Source: Pirellulales bacterium (GTDB taxonomy: Bacteria; Planctomycetota; Planctomycetia; Pirellulales; UBA1268). Taken from it: a stretch of 64,000 nucleotides of DNA. The notes below the pieces were generated by a model. It was not told where the DNA came from. It made no database searches and saw nothing but the letters and a program-made list of their open reading frames with translations. Made by a program: the position numbers and the translations under genes. The stretch lies in the NCBI GenBank assembly GCA_040397545.1, contig JBBAVV010000003.1:68321-132320 (forward strand). Reading direction: 5' to 3'. Numbering within the stretch: position 1 is the stretch's first letter; every line of letters begins with the position of its first letter. Shown here piece by piece: positions 25,159 to 35,457 of the stretch.

Positions 25159-27816
25159 GTGTCTCCGATGAGCCTCTCCCGCCGGCATGAGACCGTTTTT
25201 GTCACCGGGGCGACAGGGTATGTCGGGGGGAGGCTCGTGCCCGCCCTGCTCGAGGCCGGCTACGGTGTTCGATGCCTCGTTCGGGCACCCCGGAAGCTCG
25301 ATCAAAAACCGTGGCGATCGCACCCGGCGGTTGAGGTCGTCGCTGGCGACGTTTCCTCGGAGGATTCGCTCGCAGATCAAATGGCCGGAGCCTCGGTCGC
25401 CTACTACCTCGTCCATTCCATGGAGTCGACGGGCGGTGAATACGCCGCTCGCGATCGGACGCTGGCCGCTTCCTTCGCTCGCGCTGCCGCCCGGGCCGGG
25501 GTGTCGCGGATCGTCTACCTGGGCGGTCTCGGCGAAATGGGCCCCGACCTGAGCGTCCACCTTCGCTCGCGCCGCGAAGTCGAGGAGGAGCTCGCCGCCA
25601 CAAACGTGCCGGTGACAACTTTTCGTGCCGCGATGATCATCGGAGCCGGCTCGGCCTCCTTCGAGATTCTCCGTTATCTCGTCGAGCGACTGCCCGTGAT
25701 GGTCACTCCGCGCTGGGTGAAGACGGAATGCCAGCCGATTGCCATTGAGGACGTCCTCCACTGGCTGGTCCGCTGCCTCGAGGTGCCCCAGTCAGCCGGA
25801 TGTACGCTCGAGATCGGTGGTCCGGACGTCTTTCCCTATCAGCAGTTGATGCAGATCATGGCCGAGGAGCTTCACTTACCGCGGCGGCTCATCGTGCCGG
25901 TGCCTGTGCTCACGCCGCGACTGAGCTCCCTGTGGATCAACATCGTCACGCCGGTGTCGTATCGGATCGCACGGCCCCTGGCCGAGGGCTTGAGAAACCG
26001 GGTCGTGCTCACCAATGACGATGCTCAGCGGCTCATGCCTCACGCGGCATTCGGGGCTCGGGAGGCGATTACGAGGGCGCTGCGGAAGGTCGAGGCCGGG
26101 GCGGTGGAGACGAGGTGGAGCGTGGCCGGCCCGATCCCGGGCGACCCTTCGTGGGCTGGTGGCACCGTCTTCTCCGACCGCCGGTCGGTGGAAATCGACG
26201 CCGATCCGCAGAGTGTGTTCGCCGCGGTCTGTCGAATTGGCGGGGGGAACGGCTGGTATGCCGGCGACATGCTGTGGCGACTGCGGGGCTGGATGGACAC
26301 GCTTGTCGGTGGGCCGGGGCTGCGTCGTGGCCGGCGGCATCCGGAAAACGTCGAGTTTGGCGAGACGCTCGATTTCTGGAGGGTGGTCGGCATTGATCGC
26401 GACCGATCTCTCTCGCTCCGGGCGGAGATGAAATTGCCCGGGGAGGCGAAGCTGGAGTTCGAGATCCTGCCGGCCGACGGCTCGGCTGATTTCCCGACGG
26501 AGCTCAAGATGACGGCCCTCTACAGGCCGAGGGGGCTGATCGGGATTCTCTACTGGTATGCGGTCGTCCCGCTCCACGAGATCGTCTTCGGTGGCATGCT
26601 CCGCGGCATTCGGAAGACGGCCGAGGCGATGCAGCGGGCGAAGTCGGCGAAACCGCCCGAGCAGCCAATCTCCGCCGACACGCTCCCAGGGTATGGCCGG
26701 GCGCGGTTGTGGCTGGGAATCTCCGCGGTTGGCACGATGGTGGTGCTCAGTGCCGCGGGATTGGCCGTGAACGCCAGCGGGCGGGCCCTGCCTCCAGCCG
26801 ACGCCCCGTTGGCGGCGCAGATCGTCGGGCTGCTGGCCTTCGTGCTTTGCTACGTTGTCATCCAATTGCCGCTGGATCTCTGTGGCGGCTTTCTGCTCCC
26901 GCGGCGTTTTTCACGCGCGCACCCGCCGCTCGGAAAGTATTTGGCCGGCTTGGTCCGCGGAATCGCGGTCCATGCCACCCTCCTGTTTACGACCGCGGTC
27001 GCGATGCTCGTGGCGGGAAGGCTCGGAGGCGTCGTTGGCGTGGTGATGGCCGGGGCTGCTCTCATGCTGCTGCTCCTGCGTGGCCGTGTGCTGCTCGCCT
27101 CGGCCGCTGCGCCGCTCGAGGTGACTCCCAGCCACGAACGCTCCACCGGCGCGGAGGAATCGGTCGCCACCTTCGTCGCCGAGAGCCAGGACGAGGGATT
27201 CACCGGCGGCATTGTCGGCGTGCTCGTGCCGCGGCTCCATCTGCTGCCCATGAAATGGCGGGAGATGCTCGAGCCCGATCAGCTTGCAGCGGCCCTGGAG
27301 CGCCGGACCATGGCAGTCGGTTCCGGAAGTTGGCTGCGGGGCCGCCTTCTGGCACTGGGCTTCACGCTCACCGGCATCACGGTAGCCGCCTGCCTGGTGG
27401 GCCGCGATCGGCTGGGTGTGGCATCCGGCACCATTGACCTCAGTCTTTGGTTCACTCTGTGGTCGTTTCTCGGGCTTCTCCTCCTGCCCACGCCGAGCCG
27501 CCGTGGCGTCACGGAAGTGGATGAGCGGGTGCTCGAAGCCGGATGTTCCCGCGGTAGCATGGAAAGGGCGATCACCGCTCTCGACGATCTGCAGGACCGC
27601 GAACGGAATCGGCCGCCGTGGGTCGAAGCGATCTTCCATCCGGTGCCGAGCGTCACCCAGCGGCTGCGCGGGCCGCACTCGCTGGGCTTGAACGGCTTCT
27701 GGGATGCAGCGCGAACGAGCGTGTTTCTCAGCGCGGCAGGGCTTGGCCTGCTGGGCCGGGCCGTGCACTGCAACTGCGGCAGACCGGCGCTGTGGGTCTT
27801 TCTTCCCGGCGACTGA
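25159..27816 (+). CDS. fusion protein: NAD(P)-binding SDR (NmrA-like) + DUF2867 + multi-pass membrane domain resembling an inactivated M48 peptidase
   Basis: N-terminus VFVTGATGYVGGRLVPALLEAGYGVRCLVR is a Rossmann GxxGxxG. The middle part has a DUF2867-like region (..GGGNGWYAGDMLWRLRGWMD..). The C-terminal ~370 aa contain several TM helices and M48-like blocks, but LERRT replaces HEXXH (see findings). Confidence 0.8.
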   Translation: MSPMSLSRRHETVFVTGATGYVGGRLVPALLEAGYGVRCLVRAPRKLDQKPWRSHPAVEVVAGDVSSEDSLADQMAGASVAYYLVHSMESTGGEYAARDRTLAASFARAAARAGVSRIVYLGGLGEMGPDLSVHLRSRREVEEELAATNVPVTTFRAAMIIGAGSASFEILRYLVERLPVMVTPRWVKTECQPIAIEDVLHWLVRCLEVPQSAGCTLEIGGPDVFPYQQLMQIMAEELHLPRRLIVPVPVLTPRLSSLWINIVTPVSYRIARPLAEGLRNRVVLTNDDAQRLMPHAAFGAREAITRALRKVEAGAVETRWSVAGPIPGDPSWAGGTVFSDRRSVEIDADPQSVFAAVCRIGGGNGWYAGDMLWRLRGWMDTLVGGPGLRRGRRHPENVEFGETLDFWRVVGIDRDRSLSLRAEMKLPGEAKLEFEILPADGSADFPTELKMTALYRPRGLIGILYWYAVVPLHEIVFGGMLRGIRKTAEAMQRAKSAKPPEQPISADTLPGYGRARLWLGISAVGTMVVLSAAGLAVNASGRALPPADAPLAAQIVGLLAFVLCYVVIQLPLDLCGGFLLPRRFSRAHPPLGKYLAGLVRGIAVHATLLFTTAVAMLVAGRLGGVVGVVMAGAALMLLLLRGRVLLASAAAPLEVTPSHERSTGAEESVATFVAESQDEGFTGGIVGVLVPRLHLLPMKWREMLEPDQLAAALERRTMAVGSGSWLRGRLLALGFTLTGITVAACLVGRDRLGVASGTIDLSLWFTLWSFLGLLLLPTPSRRGVTEVDERVLEAGCSRGSMERAITALDDLQDRERNRPPWVEAIFHPVPSVTQRLRGPHSLGLNGFWDAARTSVFLSAAGLGLLGRAVHCNCGRPALWVFLPGD

Positions 27817-27829
27817 CTCGCAGACGCGG

Positions 27830-28885
27830 TCAACTGCAGCCTGCGATCGCCTCGGCAAGGCGGTGGACGCTCCACGGCGCCGAGCCCTCTGCCTTGTTGT
27901 TGATCGTCACGAGGACTGTGCGCCCCGAGCGCGCCTCGGTGCGGACGAGCCGGGCGAGGCTGTCGCGCGTCTGGAGATCCTCCTCGACGAGCCGGTCGAA
28001 GGGGAAGTATTCCTGCTTTGCCCCCTCGTAGTCCTTGCCGGCATGGAGATTCCAGCGGACGACCAGCGGGCTCGTCAGCGGGAAGCGATCGAGCCGCCAG
28101 AGGTCGGCTTGCGCCTCCAGCGGCGGCATTCGGGCGTGCGCTGCGAGACAGGGCACGGCGCCAGCATCGACAAGGCCCGCCGCGAGCGCCTCGCAGACCA
28201 GCACTGGATCGCGGATCTCGAGCGCGATCGCCGGCCCGTGCGGGAGGCCCTCGGTGCGCGGCCGTGGCAGGGCGGCCACGAAGGCCCCGAGGCGGTCGAC
28301 GAGCCGCGGCACGTTGGCGAGGAGCGATCTTCCCAAAGGAGGAAACTGAAACACGATCGCGCCGAGTTTCGCCCCCAAGCCGGCGACCGCCGGGGCGACG
28401 CAGACTGCATGCGCGGTGGCGGCGTCGAGGAACGTGGGATTCTCGCCACTGACCTGCCCCGAGCCGCCGAGTCGTTTGAAGGGATCAGTGATTGCCGCCG
28501 GCGACTTGACGACAAACCGAAACGTCGCGGGCACCGCCGCGGCATAGGCAGCGTATTCGTCGGCAAGCAGCGGGGCGTAGAAGGTGCGATCGAGGCTCAC
28601 GCTCCCGAAGAGGGGATGCTGCGCGTAGGCGGCGAGCCCTTCGCGTGCCAGCCGCTGCTCGCTCTCCGGCTTGCCGTGGCGCGGCGCGTAAACGAGGCCC
28701 GTCCAGCCGGGGAATGACCAGCTCGATGTGCCGAGGTGGACGTCTGCCGGAAGCCGGGCGGCGAGGGCGTGGATGTCTGCGGCGACGAGGGCCGGCGCGA
28801 CCGGGTCGGCGCGCGGGGCCTTAGCCAGCGGGGATTCCGGGAGTGGGTCGTCGTCGAACAGCGTGCCTTGTGTTTCGCGCCCCAT
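27830..28885 (-). CDS. DUF72 (UPF0759) family protein
   Basis: HLGTSSWSFPGWTGLVYAP..SVSLDRTFYAP..FRFVVKSP.. matches the DUF72 signature (GTSGWSYxxW..FYP). Confidence 0.9.
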   Translation of the reverse strand: MGRETQGTLFDDDPLPESPLAKAPRADPVAPALVAADIHALAARLPADVHLGTSSWSFPGWTGLVYAPRHGKPESEQRLAREGLAAYAQHPLFGSVSLDRTFYAPLLADEYAAYAAAVPATFRFVVKSPAAITDPFKRLGGSGQVSGENPTFLDAATAHAVCVAPAVAGLGAKLGAIVFQFPPLGRSLLANVPRLVDRLGAFVAALPRPRTEGLPHGPAIALEIRDPVLVCEALAAGLVDAGAVPCLAAHARMPPLEAQADLWRLDRFPLTSPLVVRWNLHAGKDYEGAKQEYFPFDRLVEEDLQTRDSLARLVRTEARSGRTVLVTINNKAEGSAPWSVHRLAEAIAGCS

Positions 28886-28891
28886 TGTCGT

Positions 28892-29275
28892 TCAGCCCGG
28901 TTCGGTCGGCCGGTTCGAGCCGATCGCCGTGACGAGGTCGTCGACGATGTCGAACGTCGTGTCGAGCCGGGTGACGCGGAACACTTCGCGGATCTTCGCG
29001 TCGACATGGCACAGCGTCAGCCACCCGTGGGCACGGTCGACCCGTGCGGCGAGTTCGACGAGGCGGCCGAACGAATCGCTCCCGAAATAGGTGACACGGG
29101 AGAAGTCGAGCACGAGCCCATCGCCGCCGAGGCTGTCGGCCTCCGGCAGGAGCTGGTCGTCGAACATGGCGCTGGCCCGGGCCCCGAGGACCCGCTTGTC
29201 GAGGAGCGTCGCCACGGTGACGGCGCCGAGGCGGCGGATCTCAACCGGTGGGAGTTCGGCGTGCGGGGTCGACAT
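28892..29275 (-). CDS. STAS-domain anti-sigma-factor antagonist
   Basis: VEIRRLGAVTVATLLDKRVL..GLVLDFSRVTYFGSDSFGRLVEL..LTLCHVDAKIREVFRVTRLDTTFDIVDD is the typical SpoIIAA/STAS layout, and the size (127 aa) fits. Confidence 0.85.
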   Translation of the reverse strand: MSTPHAELPPVEIRRLGAVTVATLLDKRVLGARASAMFDDQLLPEADSLGGDGLVLDFSRVTYFGSDSFGRLVELAARVDRAHGWLTLCHVDAKIREVFRVTRLDTTFDIVDDLVTAIGSNRPTEPG

Positions 29276-29378
29276 GATGATCCGGCGGGAGGCGGAGAGA
29301 GTGTCCGAAAAGGGCCCGAGAAAAGGCTACCATGAACAGAGCGGTTTCTCCTTTCCCGTTTTCCCTCCGTAGCCAGCC

Positions 29379-32300
29379 ATGACCCACCGCGTGTCGAGCG
29401 AGCAGAATCCCGCCGCCAATCCTTTCCTGCAGGATGCCCGATTCCAACAGCGCCTGGCGGCGCTCGCCGCGCGGCTCGACGGCGAACTGCTCGTCGATGA
29501 CACGACGCTGATGATCTACGCCACGGATGCCTCCGAATACCAGGAGCGGCCGCTGGCGGTGGCGCTGCCCAAGACCGACGCCGATGTCGGCGAACTCGTC
29601 CGCTTCGCCGCGGCCGAAGGGGTGGGGATCATTCCCCGCGGCGCCGGTACGTCGCTCGCCGGCCAGGTGGTTGGAGGGGGGATCGTCGTCGACACCGGCC
29701 GCCACCTGAACAGGATCGTGGCGATCGATGTCGAGCGGCGCACGGTGCGCGTCCAGCCGGGCGTGGTCCGCAATGCCCTCAATCAGGCCCTCGCCCCCCA
29801 TGGCCTGTATTTCGGCCCCGAGACGTCGACCGCTTCGTGGGCGATGATCGGCGGGATGGTGGGGAACAACTCCTGTGGCTCAAACTCGATCGCTTGGGGG
29901 ACGACACGTGACCATCTCCGCGCCGCCCGCGGCTTCCTCGCCGACGGCTCGGAGGTGACCTTCGCGGCAGAATCGGCGCCTGAGTTCGCGGCGAAGTGCG
30001 CTGGCCCCGACACGCTCGAGACCAGGATCCACCAGGGGCTCCGCGACCTGCTCGGCGATGCAGCCGTGCGGGCCGAAGTGGAGCGAAGCTTTCCGAAGGC
30101 GGCCGTCACCCGGCGCAACACCGGCTACGCCCTCGATGCCCTCATGAACGCCGACTGCTTCGATCCGGCGAGCTCCCGTCCCTTCAACGCCTGCCGACTT
30201 GTCGCCGGCTCGGAGGGAACGCTGTTTCTCGGGGTGGAGTTCGAACTCGGGCTGATCGAGTTGCCGGCGCCGGGGGGGCTGCTTGTGGCGCACTGCAGCA
30301 GCGTCGACGAAGCGCTCCGTGGGGCCGTCGTCGTCATGCACGAGGGGAAGGCCGCGGCGGTGGCGGAAGGGGGCGTGCTCTCCGGCTGCGAGCTGATCGA
30401 TCGGAAGATCCTCGAGTGCACGAAGGGCAACGCCGAGCAGACGCGCAACCGGAGCTTCGTCGTCGGTGATCCCGGCGCCATTCTCGTCGTCGAGATCCGC
30501 CATGCTGATCGGGGCGCAATCGAGCGGGCGCTTGCGGCCACCGAGTGGGCGCTTGCCGCGGCGGGGATTGGCCATGCCTACCCGCGCCTCTTCGGCGACG
30601 ATGCCAACAAGGTGTGGGAGCTGCGCCGAGCCGGGCAGGGGCTCGTGCAGAACATCCCCGGCGACAAAAAGCCGCGCGAGATCGTCGAGGACACCGCCGT
30701 CGCCATCGACGACCTCCCCGCCTACATCGCCGACTTCGACCGGCTCCTGGCGGAGAAGTATGCAATCGACTGCATCCACTACGCCCACGCCGGCGCCGGC
30801 GAGCTCCACCTCCGGCCGCTCTTCGACCTCCGCACGGTCGAGGGCTTGAAGATGTTCCGTGACGTCGCCACCGACGTCGCGCACCTGGTGAGAAAATACC
30901 GGGGGAGCTTGAGTGGCGAGCATGGCGACGGACGGCTCCGCGGCGAGTTCATCCGCACGATGGTCGGCGACGCCTGCTACGAGCATCTCGTCCGGGTGAA
31001 GCGGCTGTTTGATCCGCAGGGGATCCTCAATCCCGGCAAGATCGTCGACACGCTCCCGATGGACACGCAACTGCGGATCGTGCCGGGGGAGCCGGAGCCG
31101 AGCCACGAGACGGTGTTCAATTTCGACGCCGTTCAGGGGGTGTTGCGGGCGGCGGAGAAGTGTGGCGGCGTCGGCCAATGCCGTAAGTCGGCCGAGATGG
31201 GGGGGACGATGTGCCCCAGCTACATGGCGACGCGCGATGAGAAGGACACGACCCGGGCCCGGGCCAATGTTCTCCGCCAGGCGCTCGCCTCGACGGTGGG
31301 GAGCCCGGGGGCCAATCCCTGGACGACGCCCGAGCTGGCCGAGGTGATGGATCTGTGCCTCTCTTGCAAGGGCTGCAAGAGCGAGTGCCCGTCGAACGTC
31401 GACATGGCGCGGCTCAAGAGCGAATGGGAGCAGCACTGGATCGACGCCCACGGCATCCCATTGCGGACGAGACTGATCGCCGAGACGGGGCGGGCGATGC
31501 AGTGGGCGGCGCGCGTCCCCTGGCTCTACAACACCCTCGTCACCGCGCCGGGGATCTCGGGACTGCTCAAGTGGGGGATGGGGTTCGCGGCGGGCCGGTC
31601 GCTGCCGCGCGTCCATGGCACGACGCTCTCCCGCTGGATGCGGAGCCGGCCACGGCGTCCCGGAAGGCTCGGTCGTGTCCACCTTTTCTGCGATGAGTTC
31701 ACCGACACCCTCGACGCGCCGCTCGGCATCCGCGCCGTCGAGCTCCTCGAACGGCTCGGCTACGAGGTGGTGATCCCCGACCATGTTGCCAGCGGCCGGC
31801 CGCAGATCTCGAAGGGGCTTCTGCGTGAGGCACGGGGCTTGGCGATCGAGAACGTCCGCCGGCTCGACGGCGTGATCACCGACGAGGCGCCGCTGGTGGG
31901 GATCGAGCCGTCGGCGATCCTCGGCTTCCGCGACGAGGTCCCCGATCTCGTGCCGCGCGACATGATTCCCGCAGCGCGGCGGCTGGCCGGGAGGGCGCTG
32001 CTGATTGACGAGCTCCTCGCCCGGGAGGCCGCAGCCGGGCGGATCGGCCCGGATTCCTTCACCGACGAGCCGCGCACGATCCGCCTCCATGGGCACTGCC
32101 ATCAAAAGGCGCTCGCCTCGATCCAGCCGACGGTGGCGGCCCTGTCGATTCCGCGGCACTATGCCGTCGAGCCGATCCCCAGCGGCTGCTGCGGCATGGC
32201 CGGCTCGTTCGGCTACGAGCGCGAGCATTTCGACGTCTCGATGCGGATCGGCGAGCTCGTCCTCTTTCCGGCGGTGCGGGCCGCCGCGGCCGATGTGCTG

Positions 32301-32408
32301 ATCGCCGCCCCGGGGACGAGCTGCCGCCACCAGATCAAAGATGGCACCGGCCGCACCGCCCTCCATCCGGTGGAGATCCTCCATGCGGCGCTGCGGCCTT
32401 CTGAGTGA
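29379..32408 (+). CDS. FAD-binding oxidase fused to an (Fe-S)-binding/CCG domain (GlcD-GlcF-like, D-lactate/glycolate oxidase type)
   Basis: FAD-binding PCMH region (IIPRGAGTSLAGQVVGGGIVVD). Two ferredoxin-type Cys clusters (CGGVGQCRKS..MCPSY and CLSCKGCKSECPSNVD). C-terminal CCG repeats (HGHCHQKA..SGCCGMAGSFGYE). Confidence 0.9.
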   Translation: MTHRVSSEQNPAANPFLQDARFQQRLAALAARLDGELLVDDTTLMIYATDASEYQERPLAVALPKTDADVGELVRFAAAEGVGIIPRGAGTSLAGQVVGGGIVVDTGRHLNRIVAIDVERRTVRVQPGVVRNALNQALAPHGLYFGPETSTASWAMIGGMVGNNSCGSNSIAWGTTRDHLRAARGFLADGSEVTFAAESAPEFAAKCAGPDTLETRIHQGLRDLLGDAAVRAEVERSFPKAAVTRRNTGYALDALMNADCFDPASSRPFNACRLVAGSEGTLFLGVEFELGLIELPAPGGLLVAHCSSVDEALRGAVVVMHEGKAAAVAEGGVLSGCELIDRKILECTKGNAEQTRNRSFVVGDPGAILVVEIRHADRGAIERALAATEWALAAAGIGHAYPRLFGDDANKVWELRRAGQGLVQNIPGDKKPREIVEDTAVAIDDLPAYIADFDRLLAEKYAIDCIHYAHAGAGELHLRPLFDLRTVEGLKMFRDVATDVAHLVRKYRGSLSGEHGDGRLRGEFIRTMVGDACYEHLVRVKRLFDPQGILNPGKIVDTLPMDTQLRIVPGEPEPSHETVFNFDAVQGVLRAAEKCGGVGQCRKSAEMGGTMCPSYMATRDEKDTTRARANVLRQALASTVGSPGANPWTTPELAEVMDLCLSCKGCKSECPSNVDMARLKSEWEQHWIDAHGIPLRTRLIAETGRAMQWAARVPWLYNTLVTAPGISGLLKWGMGFAAGRSLPRVHGTTLSRWMRSRPRRPGRLGRVHLFCDEFTDTLDAPLGIRAVELLERLGYEVVIPDHVASGRPQISKGLLREARGLAIENVRRLDGVITDEAPLVGIEPSAILGFRDEVPDLVPRDMIPAARRLAGRALLIDELLAREAAAGRIGPDSFTDEPRTIRLHGHCHQKALASIQPTVAALSIPRHYAVEPIPSGCCGMAGSFGYEREHFDVSMRIGELVLFPAVRAAAADVLIAAPGTSCRHQIKDGTGRTALHPVEILHAALRPSE

Positions 32409-32537
32409 TCGACCGCTGCGGGGCTGCTACGATGCCGAACCGATCGGGTCCCGATCGGGACGCCACGGCTTCCTGCCGCGTCCATCGCCCCGTGAACGCC
32501 AGCTGCGACCGCCTCCGCCGCGAGACCGATCGGGACG

Positions 32538-33731
32538 ATGAAACCGCCACCACGCCGACCGGTCGTCCTCGTCTTCGCCGGCTACTATCGGCCTGCGTTC
32601 CGCTCCGGTGGGCCGTTGCGGACGTTGCTCAACATGGTCGACCAGCTCGGCGACGAGGTCGACTTCCGGATCTTCACCCGCAACCACGACCTGGGATCGC
32701 GGGAGCCGCTCGCCGGGGTCCCGCTCGGGCGCTGGTGCGATGTCGACGGGACGCCGGTGTTTTACGGATCCTCCTCCGACCGTAGCCTGTCGGCCGTGGC
32801 CCGCCTCATCCGGGATGTCGGGCCCGACACGGTCTATCTGAACAGTTTCCTCGACCCGTCGTTCTCGATCCTGCCGCTGGTCGTGCGCCGGCTCGGCTGG
32901 ACTCCCCCTCGGCTCCGCTGGGTGCTCGCGCCGCGCGGCGAGTTCGCCCCGAGCGCCCTGCGGATCAAGGCGCCGAAGAAGCGGCTGTTCCGCTTCGCCG
33001 CCGGGCTCACCGGGCTCCATTCGGGGCTCACCTGGCAGGCGTCGAGCGACTTCGAGCGGGACGACATCCGTCGCGCCATGGGGGGCATCGCCGCCGACAT
33101 CCGCGTCGCCACCGATCTCACCGAACGGCTCGCCGACACGCCCCCGCCGGCGACGCCCCGGCCGGAGGGGCCGCTGCGGGTCTGCCTGCTGTCGCGGATC
33201 AGTCCGATGAAGAACGTCCGCTACGCGATCGAGGTCGTCCTGAAGCTCCGCGTTCCGGTGGAGTTTTCGATCCATGGCCCGATTGAAGACCGGGCCTATT
33301 GGGAGACCTGCCAGCCGTTGATCGCGGCGGCGCCGGCCGGTTGCCGGATCGCATGGAAGGGGGAGGTGACCCCCGATCAGGTCCGCGCGACGATCGCGCG
33401 GCACGATCTCTTCCTCCTCCCGACCCGCGGCGAGAATTTCGGGCATGTGATTTTCGAGTCGCTGGCGGCGGGGGTGCCGGTGTTGGTCAGCGACCGGACA
33501 CCCTGGCGCGATCTCGACGCCCGGGGCTCGGGGTGGGTCTGCCCGCTCGAGACGCCACAGGCCTTCGTCGACGTCCTCGAGTCGGCCGCCGCCCGCGATC
33601 CGGCGGCGCGGCGGGCCGCCGCGGTGGCCGCCCATGCCCATGCGCTCGAGGTGTCGCGTTCGGCGGCCGTGCTCGGCGCTAATCGCGGGTTGTTTCTCGA
33701 CGCCGCCACCGCTCCGCCGCCGGCCGGATGA
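32538..33731 (+). CDS. glycosyltransferase (GT4/GT1-type)
   Basis: VLVFAGYYRPAFRSGGPLRTLLNMV at the N-terminus, and the C-terminal GT1 block LFLLPTRGENFGHVIFESLAAGVPVLVSD (EX7E-like). Confidence 0.85.
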   Translation: MKPPPRRPVVLVFAGYYRPAFRSGGPLRTLLNMVDQLGDEVDFRIFTRNHDLGSREPLAGVPLGRWCDVDGTPVFYGSSSDRSLSAVARLIRDVGPDTVYLNSFLDPSFSILPLVVRRLGWTPPRLRWVLAPRGEFAPSALRIKAPKKRLFRFAAGLTGLHSGLTWQASSDFERDDIRRAMGGIAADIRVATDLTERLADTPPPATPRPEGPLRVCLLSRISPMKNVRYAIEVVLKLRVPVEFSIHGPIEDRAYWETCQPLIAAAPAGCRIAWKGEVTPDQVRATIARHDLFLLPTRGENFGHVIFESLAAGVPVLVSDRTPWRDLDARGSGWVCPLETPQAFVDVLESAAARDPAARRAAAVAAHAHALEVSRSAAVLGANRGLFLDAATAPPPAG

Positions 33732-33863
33732 CGGCGCGGCGCTCGCCCGAGGAGCCCGTTTGGATGGTATGCTCCGACCCTATTGGGGGCGACCGGTTCG
33801 GATGGGGCACCCCGCCCCTGTCGACCGCCCCGCGAGTTCCATTCCCGTTCGAGGAGTCTTCTC

Positions 33864-34430
33864 ATGCCCCGCTTCTCCGCCCTGTTGGCCATCGTCCTCG
33901 CCCTTGCCACCGGATCGCTCCGCGCTGCCGACGACTACGACTACGATCTCGTCCATTCGTCGGTCGGCTTCAAGGCCCGCTTCCTCGACATCAGCTGGAT
34001 CCAGGGGCGCTTCAATGACGTCTCCGGGAAGTTCTCCCTCGACCGCCAGGATCCCTCGAAGTCGACCTTCTCCCTGACGATCAAGGCCGACAGTGTCGAC
34101 ACCGCCAACGCCGCGCGCGACGAGCATCTCCGTCAGCCCGACTACTTCGACACCAAGCAGTTTCCGACGATCGAGTTCCGCAGCACGGCCGTGAAGGCGA
34201 TTCCGGAGGGCTACGAGGTGGCTGGCACCTTCACGATGCACGGGGTCACCAAGCCGGTGACGCTCAAGCTCGTCGGCGGCAAGGAGATCGAAGCGATGGG
34301 GAAGAAGCGCGTCGGCTTCGGCACCGAGCTCAAGCTCAAGCGGAGCGACTTCAACTTCGACAAGGGGCAGATCGGCAATATCGGCGACGAGGCGATCATC
34401 GTCATCGACTGCGCCGGTCAGCGGGACTGA
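33864..34430 (+). CDS. YceI family periplasmic protein
   Basis: Signal peptide MPRFSALLAIVLALATGSLRA, then HSSVGFKARFLDISWIQGRFNDVSGKF..VDTANAARDEHLRQPDYFDTKQFPTIEF..GTFTMHGVTKPVTL is a textbook YceI sequence. Confidence 0.9.
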   Translation: MPRFSALLAIVLALATGSLRAADDYDYDLVHSSVGFKARFLDISWIQGRFNDVSGKFSLDRQDPSKSTFSLTIKADSVDTANAARDEHLRQPDYFDTKQFPTIEFRSTAVKAIPEGYEVAGTFTMHGVTKPVTLKLVGGKEIEAMGKKRVGFGTELKLKRSDFNFDKGQIGNIGDEAIIVIDCAGQRD

Positions 34431-34434
34431 CGCC

Positions 34435-35457
34435 GTGCCCGATGTGGCGATGGTGGTCCGCGCGGTGCTGGGCGCGTTCGCGGTGGCCGCAGCGCTCGGC
34501 GCCGTCGGCGCCGGGATCTCGCGGCGCCAGCCGGCGCTGGCCGCAGTGGCGGCGATCGTGGCTTTCGTCTGGGGGGTGGTCGCGGGGCTGTGCCTGCTCC
34601 GCGCTCTCCCTTCGCTGCCGCCGACAACAGGGCTCGACCGGTACCTCGTCATCCTCCTCCCGGTGGCCCTGGCGATCGAGGTCGAGGCGGCGGCCAACTG
34701 GATCGGCGGATTCTGGTTGACCGCCGAGCGCGGGTGTGTGGCGCTGTTGGCGGTGCCTGTGCTCCTCCATGGATCGGTGTGGCTGGAGGGGGGGACGCCG
34801 GCGGTGGTGATCCTCGCCGCGGCGCTCTTTCTGTGGGCGTCGTGGGAGGGGATCACGGGGGACGTGCGCTCAAGCGGAGACCGGGTCGTGGCCGTGGTGA
34901 CGGTTGGAGCACTGGTCGTCGCCGGGCTTTCGATCGCGCTGGCCGGATGGTTGAAGGGGGGGCTGGTGGCGCTGCCGCTGGCCGGAGCCCTGGCTGGCGC
35001 GCTGCTCGCCGATTGGGGGGGCGGGCCGACGAGGGGGCGCAGCGGCTGCGGGGAGGTGTGGGGCACCCCCGGGCTGCCGGGGCTGACGGCAGTGGGGCTG
35101 GTGGCGCTGTTTGGCCTTGTCGTGGTGGGGCGCTGTTTCGGTCGGCTGGGATCGGCCGCGGCGCTGCTGATCCTCCTGGCGCCGTTGTTGGCAGTGCTCC
35201 CGCTGGGGATCGGCCGAATGCTGCCCGACTCCGCCGGCCAGCGCCTCCTCCGCTCGGCGCGCTACCGGATCCTGCTGGCGCTGGTGCCGCTGGTGATCGT
35301 CGTGATCGTGGCGAAGGCAGACTTCGACACGCGGCTCGGCCGGCTCGTCGGAGAAATCCCGCCGCCGGGGCCGGTGGTGGTGGCGGTCTCCCCGAGCGCC
35401 GATCCTTTCAAGCTCTCGCGAACACCAGGCAGTGCCAGCCGTCGAGTGCGGTCATGA
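34435..35457 (+). CDS. hypothetical multi-pass membrane protein
   Basis: About 9 hydrophobic segments rich in Ala/Leu/Val/Gly. The gene starts 4 nt after the yceI-like stop. The 3' end overlaps convergent prmA by ~50 nt, so the true end or start is uncertain. Confidence 0.55.
   Translation: MPDVAMVVRAVLGAFAVAAALGAVGAGISRRQPALAAVAAIVAFVWGVVAGLCLLRALPSLPPTTGLDRYLVILLPVALAIEVEAAANWIGGFWLTAERGCVALLAVPVLLHGSVWLEGGTPAVVILAAALFLWASWEGITGDVRSSGDRVVAVVTVGALVVAGLSIALAGWLKGGLVALPLAGALAGALLADWGGGPTRGRSGCGEVWGTPGLPGLTAVGLVALFGLVVVGRCFGRLGSAAALLILLAPLLAVLPLGIGRMLPDSAGQRLLRSARYRILLALVPLVIVVIVAKADFDTRLGRLVGEIPPPGPVVVAVSPSADPFKLSRTPGSASRRVRS

Noticed and set aside
29880-32384. 834-aa minus-strand ORF
   Set aside because: It is antisense to the FAD/Fe-S oxidase gene, whose plus-strand product has clear cofactor-binding motifs.
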